From Azolla caroliniana (taxonomy: Eukaryota; Plantae; Polypodiophyta), in assembly GCA_043228905.1 (NCBI GenBank), contig JBHGNT010000359.1:1-31824 (forward strand): a DNA stretch of 31,824 bases. Direction: 5' to 3'. The notes under the pieces were generated by a model. That model did not search any database and had not been told where the DNA came from. It saw nothing but the letters and a program-made list of their open reading frames with translations. Shown piece by piece: positions 13,029 to 22,922 of the stretch. Numbering within the stretch: the first letter of the stretch is position 1; each line of letters opens with the position of its first letter. The position numbers and the translations under genes were made by a program.

Positions 13029-13207
13029 CTGTAGCTGAAGTCCCGGATGTTCTCGAGCATATTGACGGAGAAGGTCGAGGACAATTGGCAATGAAGGCAA
13101 CACACTACTTGAGAGTCCACCAAAGAGATCATTTGTTTTCTTCAATGCCTCATGCCCAGAAAGGATGTCTTTAGGACGTAATGTCTGCTGAGGTATAGCA
13201 GAATTTC
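13029..13207 (-). CDS. FPGS: FPGS penultimate exon (..SSSVLPSLPIVLDLLRQYAREHPGLQLQ)
   Basis: CAG acceptor at 13208, GT donor at 13028; 179 nt, open, phase-compatible with both neighbours; resembles plant FPGS S..PSLP...LR....P.L.LQ. Confidence 0.82.
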
Positions 13208-13287
13208 CTGTTGATGTAGCAAAGGTGACACTTCTTAAACAAATGTATGCATATACAATACATCTGTATTTCGTACTCCAAATCTAC

Positions 13288-13446
13288 CTTCTCTTTGTGT
13301 TTGGATAAGATTTTCCCACACTTTTTGTATTGCAAGCTGCCATGACAAGTCCTCTTTATCGTTGCTTTTGGGAGAGTTCAGGTCAATAGTCACATTACTA
13401 TACGATGAAAGGCCAGGTGCAAATAGTGCATGATGAAATGGCATTC
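13288..13446 (-). CDS. FPGS: FPGS internal exon (GMPFHHALFAPGLSSY...DLSWQLAIQKVWENL)
   Basis: TAG acceptor at 13447, GT donor at 13287; 159 nt; resembles FPGS F..ALF.P and DLSWQ..LQ..WE. Confidence 0.85.
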
Positions 13447-13527
13447 CTAATGATAAAAGATTTAGTGTCAACATTGACCAAACCAGCTGTAAATTGAGAT
13501 TCCATTGAAACATGGAAATTGACTTAC

Positions 13528-13606
13528 CAGCATTAGTACAAACCTTAAGAAGAGGAGAAAGCAACAACTTAGGATCCCGTTGTGGCATACAATTCATTAG
13601 GAGAAC
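13528..13606 (-). CDS. FPGS: FPGS internal exon (VLLMNCMPQRDPKLLLSPLLKVCTNAG); most 5' exon found in the window
   Basis: TTCAG acceptor at 13607, GTAAGT donor at 13527; 79 nt; resembles FPGS ILLFNCM..RDP.LLL. Confidence 0.85.
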
Positions 13607-14068
13607 CTGAATAAAAGAAATAGCAAAATTAATCCATCCAGTAGAGATTTGAAACCAAAAAGTAAAATTAAAGCAACATCTAAATTTACAGGCAATCAAC
13701 ACACTTGGCCAAAGGAGAAATGGACCAGGTTAAAATCAAGATTGGTATGCAGATCTCTTGAATTTGTCTTGGAATTGTGCATATTCCTGAGAAATAATTT
13801 ATCATTGATTTTCATCTATTTGGTTCCCTAGGAGGTTTTAACTCATGGATGAGACAAACATTTTTCAGATATGATACTGTTTGGATCTCTTACACCATTC
13901 CGTCCTTTAAAATATGTTATTTTTTCTTTCTTCCTTCCTTATAATTTCACCGCATGGGAGACCTATATCACACCAAGAGAGCCTCTTCCCATCAAACTAG
14001 AGTGTTCCTACTGAACAGATTATAGCCTTCAGTAAGTTGTGAGGAGATCAGCCATAAGTTATACCAAT

Positions 14069-14461
14069 TGTTGTAGAATATTTAGCATACAATATGCATA
14101 GAATACTTATGCTAAGTATTCTAAAAGTATTCTACCCCTTTTTAGGTGCTTAGAATACGTATCTACAGGTAAAATACATTAAATAAGTAAAATATGTAGA
14201 ATACGTGCAGAATAATTTAAATACATAGAATACGTGAAAAACAAGCTAAATATTTCGTAAATTTTAAAGCTACTCGAGCGACCACCAGGGTCTTGGACTG
14301 GGGAGGACGTTCGCGGAATTATCGACGCTAGATGACGATCAATGTAAGATTAGATGAAATTGGTTTACTTGAGAAGAAGAAAGATTGTACACTTGAGAAG
14401 TAGAAAAATATAAAGAAGATAAAGACAAATATAATTTATATTGATGATAATGGTGGGGGCT
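14069..14461. repeat. AT-rich repeat segment with TAGAATAC motifs, followed by a probable Gypsy LTR fragment (from about 14253)
   Basis: TAGAATAC recurs several times; perfect 11-bp hairpin at 14099-14123; motif at 14280-14303 shared with the LTRs at 20061 and 21041. Confidence 0.5.
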
Positions 14462-17400
14462 CAATAACATATGGCCCGAACCATCTTCTTGCGAACTTCC
14501 TTGTTGTACTATGTTGATTGTCAAGGGTGTTGTCGTAAACCAAAACCCAATCCCCTTCTTCAATCTTCTTGGGACGAAGTCGATGCGTGTTGTCGAACCG
14601 AACTTTGTTCTTTACTCGGGCTGCCTTCATCATCTTTCGCGCTTTTTCTAAATCTTCAGGTCTTCTTTCAAGTTGCCTTATCCGCGCCGCTAATAACTCT
14701 TCTCGGCTCATCTCGTTCTCCCACGGTATCGCTACCCATGAGGCGATCGTCCTTTCGATGGGCATAATCGGCTTTTGTCCATACATAAGCTCTGTCGGCA
14801 TATACCCTGTCACCGAGCTATGTGTCGTTCTATCGGCCCACAAGGCATAGGGTAATAGTCGTGGCCAATTCCCGACTCGACCGTTGCATGCCCGTACGAT
14901 GGCTTTAACGATAGGTCCATGCCCTCGCTCGATCTTCCCATTTGCTTCCGGATTGTAGGCAGTCGTGAGGGAGAGAGCTTCACGCCTAGTCTTTCAAAGA
15001 GCTCCGTCGCTTCGTGCGCGTCCAACTCCCCTCGGTCAGCCACTATCTTCCCTACACATCCATATCGGCAAACATCTTCAAGTAAAAATTTACAAACGGC
15101 TGAAGTCGTCTTATTTGTCAAGGCTCGTCCTTCCACTTGATTTGTCAAGTCTTCCCTTGCGAGCGTTAAGTACTTCATTTGTCCCACTCCCATTGGCATC
15201 GAGACCAGATCCACCATCCATTTGAAGTGAATGGTGAGTGGGTATGTCGGCTTTAACTCATCACGATGACGTATATTTGAATATATTTGGCAAGTTTCAC
15301 ATGTGGAAACGAAATGGAGTACATCTTTGTACATGCTTGGCCACCAGTACTTCTCCTTCAATTTTTCGAACGTCGCCCATGTTCCTCTATGACCTGCCCA
15401 AGCACTCTCGTGGAATTCGGTCATCAGCGTCTCTTGCTCTTCTTTCTTTACCACCACTCGACGTGGTATTCCTGTCCTTGTTTTTGGATGTCGCCAAAGG
15501 AATCCTCCCTTCAAGAAGTATCGATAAGCTTTCTTCCGGATTCGTAGGGCCTCCTCCTTTGTCAACGAAGCATCGGTCGTCAATGTTCTTAGGAATCTAC
15601 CGATGAGTAACCACTCTCCTTCGTACTCGTTCTCGTTGAAGGCGTGGAGGGTTTGCGTGTCCTGGTCTTCCGCCGACAATTGAGCCATCTTGAAGAAGTC
15701 GAGGGCGACATCTTCATCTTCCGAAACCATGTTACTTCCATTTGAAAATCTTGCCCTCGACAGCATGTCAGCCATGGCGTTCTTCTTCCCTGCGATGTGA
15801 CAGATCTCTGGGTTTAAAGACTTGATGTAGGCGATCCACCTTAGCATAGCAAGATCTGGGGTCGCACATCCCGAGACCATTCCGAGAATTGGGAGACAAT
15901 CTGTCTCTATTATCACTTCTAACTCGATCAGGTAATCTTTGTCCGTCTTCACTGCCGACACAATACCCCAAAGTTCCCGCTTGACTTGGGCATATCTTTG
16001 TTGCCGTTCGCTGAGAACCTTTGCTCCAAACCGGACGGCATATCGCGCATTATCTTCACCTTCTTCATTGATGACCCACCCGATTCCGGTTGGGCTCGTA
16101 TCTACGGTCACGTAAATTGGTTTCCCTTCGGCATAGTCGGCCTTCCTTAGTGTCGGAGCTTCAAGAAGCAGTTTCTTTAATCTTCGCATCGCCTCTGTGT
16201 GCTTGTCTCGCCATTCGAACTTTATTCTTTTCTTTAGTAGTCCATATAACGGTTCGGCGACATAAGCGTAGTGAGGAATCCATATATGATAAAACGCGAA
16301 CGCTCCAAGGAACCTTCGAACCTCCGTTTGGTTTTCGCATTCTTCTTTCATGTCTTGGATTGCGTTCACTTTGGATGGCGAGGGCTTCCGGCCGTATGCT
16401 CCACACAAGTGACCTACCACCAAGATCTCCGGTTGCCCGAATGCGGATTTTTCTCCCGAAAATGTCAAATTCGCATCTTCGAGCCTTTGAAGCACCTTCT
16501 CACAATCTTTCATATGATCCGCAACGAACTTTCTACAACCTTCCTTATCTTTTGATTCATCTTTCTCCTCATCCGAACATCCTTTTATCGGAATATCATC
16601 CAAGAATGGCATCGTGATGTCCGGAATGCAATCCTTCAAGACTTTATTCATGGCATTCACCATATGAGCCACCGAGTTCGTTGCGCCTTGGGGTAAGGTA
16701 CACATCCGCACAAGCCCGATCGGAGTCCTCATGGTTGTAATGTCCCGACTGTCGATCACCAACTGGAATTGGTCATATCCGGAGTAGAGATCGCCAATGG
16801 AGTAGATGGACCGGCCCGCAAACGCTTCGGCAAATTCGTCCACGCTCGGACCGATTCCGGCATTTCGAATTGTCACCTTGTTGACGGGTTGAAGATCTTG
16901 GATGAATCGCAATGATCCATTCTTCTTCAGCACCGTGAACCACCTATTGGAATAAGGAGCATTCGACGGTTCTAGAATTCCCATACTCACCTTCTCCTTT
17001 AAGAGCTCGATCAGCTTCGGAAGGTGTGCTCTCGGAACCGGTATCGGTTTCAAATTCCAAGGCACATGAGGCACCATGAAGATCACCATTGGCTCTATAA
17101 CCTTTGGGTCGGCGCATCCGATTTCTCGTGGGAAGAATGCGAAAGCCTTCCCATGTCTCTCAAGCATATCGCGAAACATTCGCTCCTCTTCAGGGAGAAG
17201 GAAATCCTCCTTTCCAACTCGTAGCTTCCCCTTCGTCTCTTTGGTGAAGTCATGACCTATCTTCTTCGGATCTCTTAAGCTTGGATCGTTAGCGACTTCA
17301 TTCATCTTTTGCCAGCTATCTTCCGGTAGCGGAACCGCAACTAGCTTGATCTTCTTATCCACTGTTTTATATTTCGTGTTGATGTCAGCTTCATTCATTG

Positions 17401-17770
17401 AGATGCCACGACGGTATTCATCGATGATAGCGTACATGTTGACGGAGTTAACCGAAATCACACGTTGGTTGTGAAGATAGCTCAAGTCCACGACGTCCTC
17501 GATTTCGCCGATGGTGTCGTTAAATGAGGCTTCTTCCATAATATGAGTCACGAACTCTCCTTCTTCTATTATGTTCTCTTCTTTCAGCATCTTCTCGAAT
17601 TCTTGTATCCGGCGCTTGTGCTTCTTGTCGGGTAGTACTAGTTTACATGCGCCACTAGGTGTGACACATGTTGCTTCTCCTTGCAATCCACGCGCTCTTC
17701 TTTCTTGTGGGGTCTTGTGATTGCTCGGACTATTTGTGCCCCATGCTTCAATAGTCCGCTCTAAAAATCC
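14462..17770 (-). pseudogene. Gypsy pol (RT-RNase H-integrase) in the -1 frame relative to gag-PR; one frameshift near 14970
   Basis: RT: LRFIQDLQPVN, DLYSGYDQF, LPQGATNS, FLDD. RNase H: VDTS, ELWGI, ETDC, NAMADMLSR. Integrase: H..AGH...CETC, WMVDL, VADRG; after the shift in the CTCTCTCCCTC tract it continues AYNPEANGKIERGH..LWADRTT..GPY. Confidence 0.93.
17708..17770 (-). promoter_or_regulatory. Candidate -1 programmed ribosomal frameshift signal (GGATTTT + H-type pseudoknot)
   Basis: G_GAT_TTT at 17770-17764 directly before the gag-PR TAG; 5-nt spacer; 9-bp stem CGGACTATT/AATAGTCCG; loop TGGGG complementary to downstream CCCCA. Confidence 0.8.
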
Positions 17771-19959
17771 GAGGATTCGCCTCCGAGACTATCTCGATTC
17801 CTTTCATGATTGGCTCGCACTGTTAGGAATTGGACCGATCTTTGGTTGTCAAGACTCTTTATTCGTGCGAATGCTGCTCCATTATCGAACACTTTGGTCT
17901 CCATCCGAGATGATGTGATATAAGGTTGCCGTAGGATGACAGGATGCGACGCCGATTCTTGTACGAAGAAGTGTTGATCCATCTCCACATCCCCGATCGT
18001 GACTTTGACATTGGGACAAGCTCCGTACAAGTCCTCCGTAGACTTTGTTGCCGCGCGAATCTTCCATCCGTGGTTTGTATTGATTGGCCATCTTCCCTTT
18101 TTGTAGAAGTCGGTTGACATGAGGTTGATCTCCGAGCCGTGGTCGATCAAGGCTACGACAGTCTCTTTCTTCTCCCCGATCTTCATCGGCGTCTCCGTTG
18201 TCGCTCGTGCCCAATGAGGTCGAGTGTAGTGGCTGTCCACCATATCTTCATCGATTTCGTCTCTTGCCATCGTTATGGCATTCGTTTTTTCTTTCTGCGG
18301 CTTCTCTTCTTCCTCGTCCGATTGTTGTCTCTTTCTCTTTACAAGGTCCACGATCGTGTCATGGAACTCCTTCTTCGTAATGCCAAGCAATTCCCTCAAG
18401 GACAAAGTTACGTGGCTATCAAGAACTCGTTCTTCGAGAATCTTCTTTAGGTCCGTCGTCTGCTCTATGTCCGACCTTAGCTTATAGGTAGGTATGGTCC
18501 TTGTCCTTCGAGCGGGGTCTTCGACACCAACCTTCACGGGCCGAACCGTTTCTTCAACTCGTATGCTCGGCTCCCCTTTTCGGCTTGATTCTCATTCCTC
18601 CGTTTGTAAAGGTCGACTCGTCTCCGCATCGTCCTTCTTTTTCGCGTTCCTTGTTTCATGTCTTTTTGATGGCCCTTGCTCTTCTATTCTCTTTCTCTTT
18701 TCTTCGACGAACACCTCGTGGTTGTCGCACATCACCTCTATAAGTATGGTGTTGTCGTCCACCGGATCTGACCACCCGGTTATGCTTTGCACGCTTCGGT
18801 CCGCAAGCTCTACCTCGTTCGATGTGATTTTTCCCTTCTTCTCATATTCGAGAACGGAAGTCCAAAACTTTGCTCCCGCTCTAGCAGCTTCAGTCTTGTC
18901 TTTCCCGACTCTTATTCCGGCCGACGTAGCATAGTGCATCGCATCCACATGAGTCGCATTGGCATCCTCCATAGATCTCTTCATTCCTCCTCTTCCGAAA
19001 TTCACCCGTAGGGGTCTTCTAGTCTCGCTTGAGCAGATCATGTTGTCCTCTATGTATACGATATTTTGTCGAATCGCCTCTCGAAGGCTCGCACAATCCC
19101 TTCTCATGTGGTCCATGCTATCGCACCACACGCATCTAAAGGGTTCTTTTCCTTTAGGGCCCCGACGATTCATGTTGGCTAGCATGACCTTCTCGAACTT
19201 CTTCGTTAGCTCTTCAATGATGTCGTCATCAATCTTCTTTTCTTCCATGTTACTTTGTCTCGGCGGCTCAGCTACTTTCGGCGGTCTTGCTTTCTCCGTG
19301 GTAGTCGGTCCCATCAAGTCGGTGTCATCAACCCATTGGCGACGCTTGTCAAGCCTATTGCATGCCCGCTTCACCGCGATCCAGTCCGCTACGAGCCCAT
19401 TTGCTTGGGTATCATCTTCGAGAAGAGTCCCCAACTCCCGTCTATCCTTTATGTCCACGGCCTTCAAGAAGTACAAAGTCTTGTCCTCTTCAAGCAACAC
19501 TTGGTCCGTATTGGGGAGACGACTAAACATCTGGTCGAATTCGTCGTACACCCTCGAGACGCTCATCTTCTTATTCTTCTTCTCTATCCACTTCATCAGG
19601 GCATGTTGAGTCATCCTCGTTGAGTCTTCAGTCACGAACTCCGCTAGTATCGTTTTCTCGAACTCGGACCATGTTGTCTTTCCTTCTTGAAGCTCGATGA
19701 CGCGTCTTTGGATGTTGTTGGCGACAACTCTCTTGAAGCTTGCGATTTGACGTGCCTCGGACACGTCCCTTTGATTCATCTCCCTCTTATATGCATCAAG
19801 GAACTTCGTAACGTTCCTTCCATCGAATTGGCCCTCGAGCTCTACGACACGATCAACAGCCTTCTCCACGCTCGCGTCGTTGTCCCGAGATCTCATCATT
19901 TGCTCGACGATTAGCATCATCCTTTCGAGCTCCCCCGCTTGGTTGCTTGAGGACGCCAT
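17761..19959 (-). pseudogene. Gypsy gag-protease, single frame with one premature TGA at 18594-18592
   Basis: ATG at 19959 (MASSSNQ..); FDGRNVTKFL; knuckle CVWCDSMDHMRRDC; protease ALIDHGSEINLMS ... VILRQPY. ORFs 18592-19965 and 17761-18537 share a frame. Confidence 0.9.
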
Positions 19960-20000
19960 CTCCAAGTATTAATCTCGACTTTATCCTTCCTACCGCCTCG

Positions 20001-20018
20001 TTCACGTCGGGTTCACCA
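20001..20018 (-). promoter_or_regulatory. Primer binding site complementary to the tRNA-Trp 3' end
   Basis: Minus strand TGGTGAACCCGACGTGAA; the plus strand TTCACGTCGGGTTCACCA matches my recollection of the plant cytosolic tRNA-Trp 3' end including CCA. Lies 8 nt from the LTR. Confidence 0.85.
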
Positions 20019-20026
20019 CTTTATTA

Positions 20027-21022
20027 TGTCGTGAAGATCCGTCACTACGCGCGGATCGTGAGGCGGAACCGCCGGGGTTTTGGACCGGAAGGATTTAGAG
20101 TCGATACAAGCTTTGGCGAGAAAGTACTTAAGATAGATTGGGAAAGAGAAAAGTTGAGATTACACGATTGATTTGAAAACGAATTTCTTCCTCTTAATTT
20201 TCATAAAAAAAAAACCGTGTTTTTCTCCTCCCCCTTCCCTCTTTTATAGATGCTCTCATGCGTATGATGCATGTGAGGGTACAAGACATGCATAAATTGC
20301 ATGTTTGCCATTTGGCGCTTAAGTATTACATGTGGTGCATGCTAACCATGTCACTCATTTTAGCACTCATGGATGAGAATTTACATGTAAAAGTACAATG
20401 ATAGAAATATAATTTCAACTAAATACCATGGCTTAATGGTAAGCCATTTGACTCCTAACTTGGAGGTGCAAGGTTCGAATCCATACTTGCCCTCCTTGTA
20501 TATGTAAATATGTATATACTTTTATATATTTATTTTATCTAGTCGTCGGTTTGCCGGATGCCGACGCCGACGCCGAATACCGATGCCGCATGCCGCCGCC
20601 GGATTGCGGTCGGATGCCGTCAGATCACCGGCTCCATCGCCGGTCCGGTTTTGGTTGGCCAAAACCCTTTTCGAGTAGCTAGCCACCTCCACTCTAAGTT
20701 CAAGTTACCTTGAACTCTCTATGCTCCACACATAGACACAAAGATAATATCTTTTGCTCCACCTCATATATGATGAGAGCCGTATTTGTCGTGCCTATGT
20801 GGGATATCTCACAATTTTCTCTTTTCTTTTCACAAACTTTATACCCTCATATCTTGACATTTAGTTGTTCATTTCTCGTGTAATAAAGTGCATTTGAAAC
20901 CTCCATCATTTTGTAATTAGATATTAAAAATGTTATCTTCACAATTATTGTATTACGTGATTCATACTCGATTTTGTACGTTTTATGGGATTTTCACACT
21001 ATTGCCGAAAATCTTCACGACA
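20027..21022 (-). mobile_element. 5' LTR of Gypsy element 1 (996 bp)
   Basis: Perfect 12-bp inverted termini TGTCGTGAAGAT ... ATCTTCACGACA; minus-strand TATA (TCTATAAAAG) at 20250-20241; adjacent PBS. Confidence 0.92.
20429..20482 (+). other. tRNA-derived segment (Pol III A box and B box) inside the LTR
   Basis: A box TGGCTTAATGG at 20429, anticodon-loop-like CTCCTAA, B box GGTTCGAATCC at 20472; no convincing acceptor stem. Confidence 0.6.
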
Positions 21023-21651
21023 GCGCGTGCGTGGAGAACAAGGCGGGACCACTGGGGTCTTGGACCGAGGAATAGGTGAGGAAAGAGAGAGAGAGAGAGA
21101 GAGAGACAACACAGGAGACACGAGCTGAGAACACTAGAGTACGTATGTAAATATAGGCATGTATTTGTAAGTATGCAGACGAATCGAACGGTTACAGCCG
21201 ACCAGGTCGGCGAGGTGGATGCCGACACCTGATCACCCGCGCACACAGGAGAGCAAGATGGAGATTCTGCTGGAAGCACACAGGCATTCCACGGAGCAGA
21301 ATCAGCCTCCTGAGAGCCTACGCAAGAGAGAGCTATGGAGAACGACAGAGAAGAAGAGCTCGGTCCCAGTCCGACAGCACTTTGTTCCCTCTGGCGCGCG
21401 ATTCCCTTCTCTCCCCGTCTCCCTCTCTTTTATAGCTCAAGGAGGGAGGCCGCCTTGCCCGTTTACATCACATTAATTCTCTGTCCTTTCGGACAGAGAT
21501 ACTCCTCGATTCTCCCTATAGAATATTGCTACCTAGGATCTGACCTTTGTGCCTACCTATCTACTGTACCACAAGGGGCGTGCCCACGTGTAAGGGCCGG
21601 TTTACACACGCTATACATGGTTTGCGCCTGGGGACGGTTTTCTTCACGACA
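21023..21651 (-). mobile_element. Remainder of a second, related Gypsy LTR (element 2), interrupted by element 1
   Basis: Ends in TCTTCACGACA at 21651 like the element-1 LTR; shared motif at 21041-21070; minus-strand TATA at about 21430; contains an (AG)n tract at 21084-21106. Confidence 0.7.
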
Positions 21652-22922
21652 CCGAGTTGTGGTGATCCACTACTGTTGGTCCATCGCTAATGTCCGTAAA
21701 ATTCGTGGCGACGCTTACCCCAGGTCTGCCCGTCACCCACTCTTCTACGGCCTGGCGGAATCGTGGGACTAGTTGCAACAACTTCTCCATGGTTAATTTT
21801 ATCTCGCAACCTGTCAGTGCTTGCCATATGGGGTCCGGGGATGGTCCCTCGTCCTCCAATAGCTCCACCGTGTTTGCAGATTCCTTCCGCATGCGCTCCC
21901 TCCGTATTTGTTGCGTTTGCTTTTTCAACCCATGCCTAGACTGTTCGCCGTATCTCATATTGCGCAGCCCAATCAATAGTTTTTGTTTGCTGACGTGTCG
22001 TGACTTGTTGTACTTCCACCGTAATCGTATTGACGGCGGGCCCCTTGCCCTTGCATATTGGGCATTGTGTGGCATATTGTCCGGGTTGTTGAGAAACAAC
22101 ACAATGGATGCTAGATTCACCCTTCTCGGCCCCTACTGGCGTGTGCCGATCCCCAGGTGTGACTTGCTCCTCCCAGTCTTGATTCGTTCGTCGGAGCATA
22201 CGCGGTGGTTGTTGTTGGTCCCGGCGGGGTTCCTGGTGCCGGTCATCGTCCGAACTTTTGTCATACCCGCCGTTGGTCCCGATATTGCCGATGCTTTCCG
22301 CGAGGTCCATTGAAGCCGCCATGTTTGTTTGTTGGAGGGTAATTCTCATAGCGTCAACCCCCTTTAGTATTTTTGGGGTGGCCCCGATAGTCTTCATCCT
22401 CTGGCTTGTCTTCCTCAGAATCGTTGTGATTCCAGCAATTCCGATAGTGCTTGTCATCACGTGGATTGCGATCCATATACCATGGTCGGTCTTCTTGCCG
22501 CCTTTACTCATTACGGCGTGGGGGACGTTGTGTGTCCATGCTACGTACTATGGGCGTGGCTCTGTTCAACATATTGTACTCGCACTGCTCAACTGTGTGA
22601 GCTTTCGAGTGACAGATTGGACAGTAGATTCGCATTTTGCATTCCACTGCGGAATGCCCCGCATTCAAGCAAATCATGCAGAGGATCGCTTGACGAAGAA
22701 TGTCGTTCCTCGTCCTGAGGTAACGCTTGTCGTAATGAGGACATGGAAAACCTTTCCTCTTCTTCGTCCAGCTCGAGCTGTAGCACTCTTTCTATGACCA
22801 TATTGGTCGTTTCCACTTTCACGCTATTGTTGTTGAGCGTTGTCCGTATGGGTCGGCGTAATGCTACCAGAAATATCTCCCTAGCCTTGTCCTCTGTCGG
22901 GCCCCGTTTTAATTTCCATCGT
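21652..22922 (-). pseudogene. Gag fragment of a third Gypsy-like element; frameshifted and truncated at both ends
   Basis: Manual translation CMICLNAGHSAVEC..YCPICHSKAHTVEQC (two CCHC knuckles), a degenerate third knuckle CVVSQQPGQYATQC, and the pre-protease-like LTMEKLLQLVPRFRQ. Confidence 0.75.

Larger units (their letters stand above)
14462..21022 (-). mobile_element. Ty3/Gypsy LTR retrotransposon (element 1), 3'-truncated: 5' LTR - PBS - gag-PR - RT-RH-IN
   Basis: Domain order PR-RT-RH-IN; LTR with terminal inverted repeats; tRNA PBS; homology stops abruptly after RRWFGPYVI at about 14462 and no matching 3' LTR is present. Confidence 0.95.

Noticed and set aside
13890-13965. Additional FPGS exon ending at a GTAAG donor
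   Set aside because: The required frame contains a stop and the peptide does not resemble FPGS.
14057-14075. Copia tRNA-Met PBS plus LTR end (TATACCA ATTGTTG)
   Set aside because: Only TGGTAT matches the expected TGGTATCAGAGC, and no gag follows.
18592-18594. TGA between gag and protease as a programmed readthrough site
   Set aside because: Context GAA TGA GAA matches no readthrough motif I know, and CGA>TGA decay is simpler. The family consensus would settle it.
20001-20018. tRNA-Trp gene fragment
   Set aside because: Only the 3' 18 nt including CCA, next to an LTR; this is a PBS.
20425-20495. Functional tRNA-Arg gene
   Set aside because: A and B boxes are present but acceptor and anticodon stems do not pair convincingly; kept only as a tRNA-derived segment.
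14471-22797. Numerous plus-strand ORFs of 60-216 aa over the Gypsy nest
   Set aside because: Antisense shadows of gag and pol, S/F/L-rich, with no motifs.
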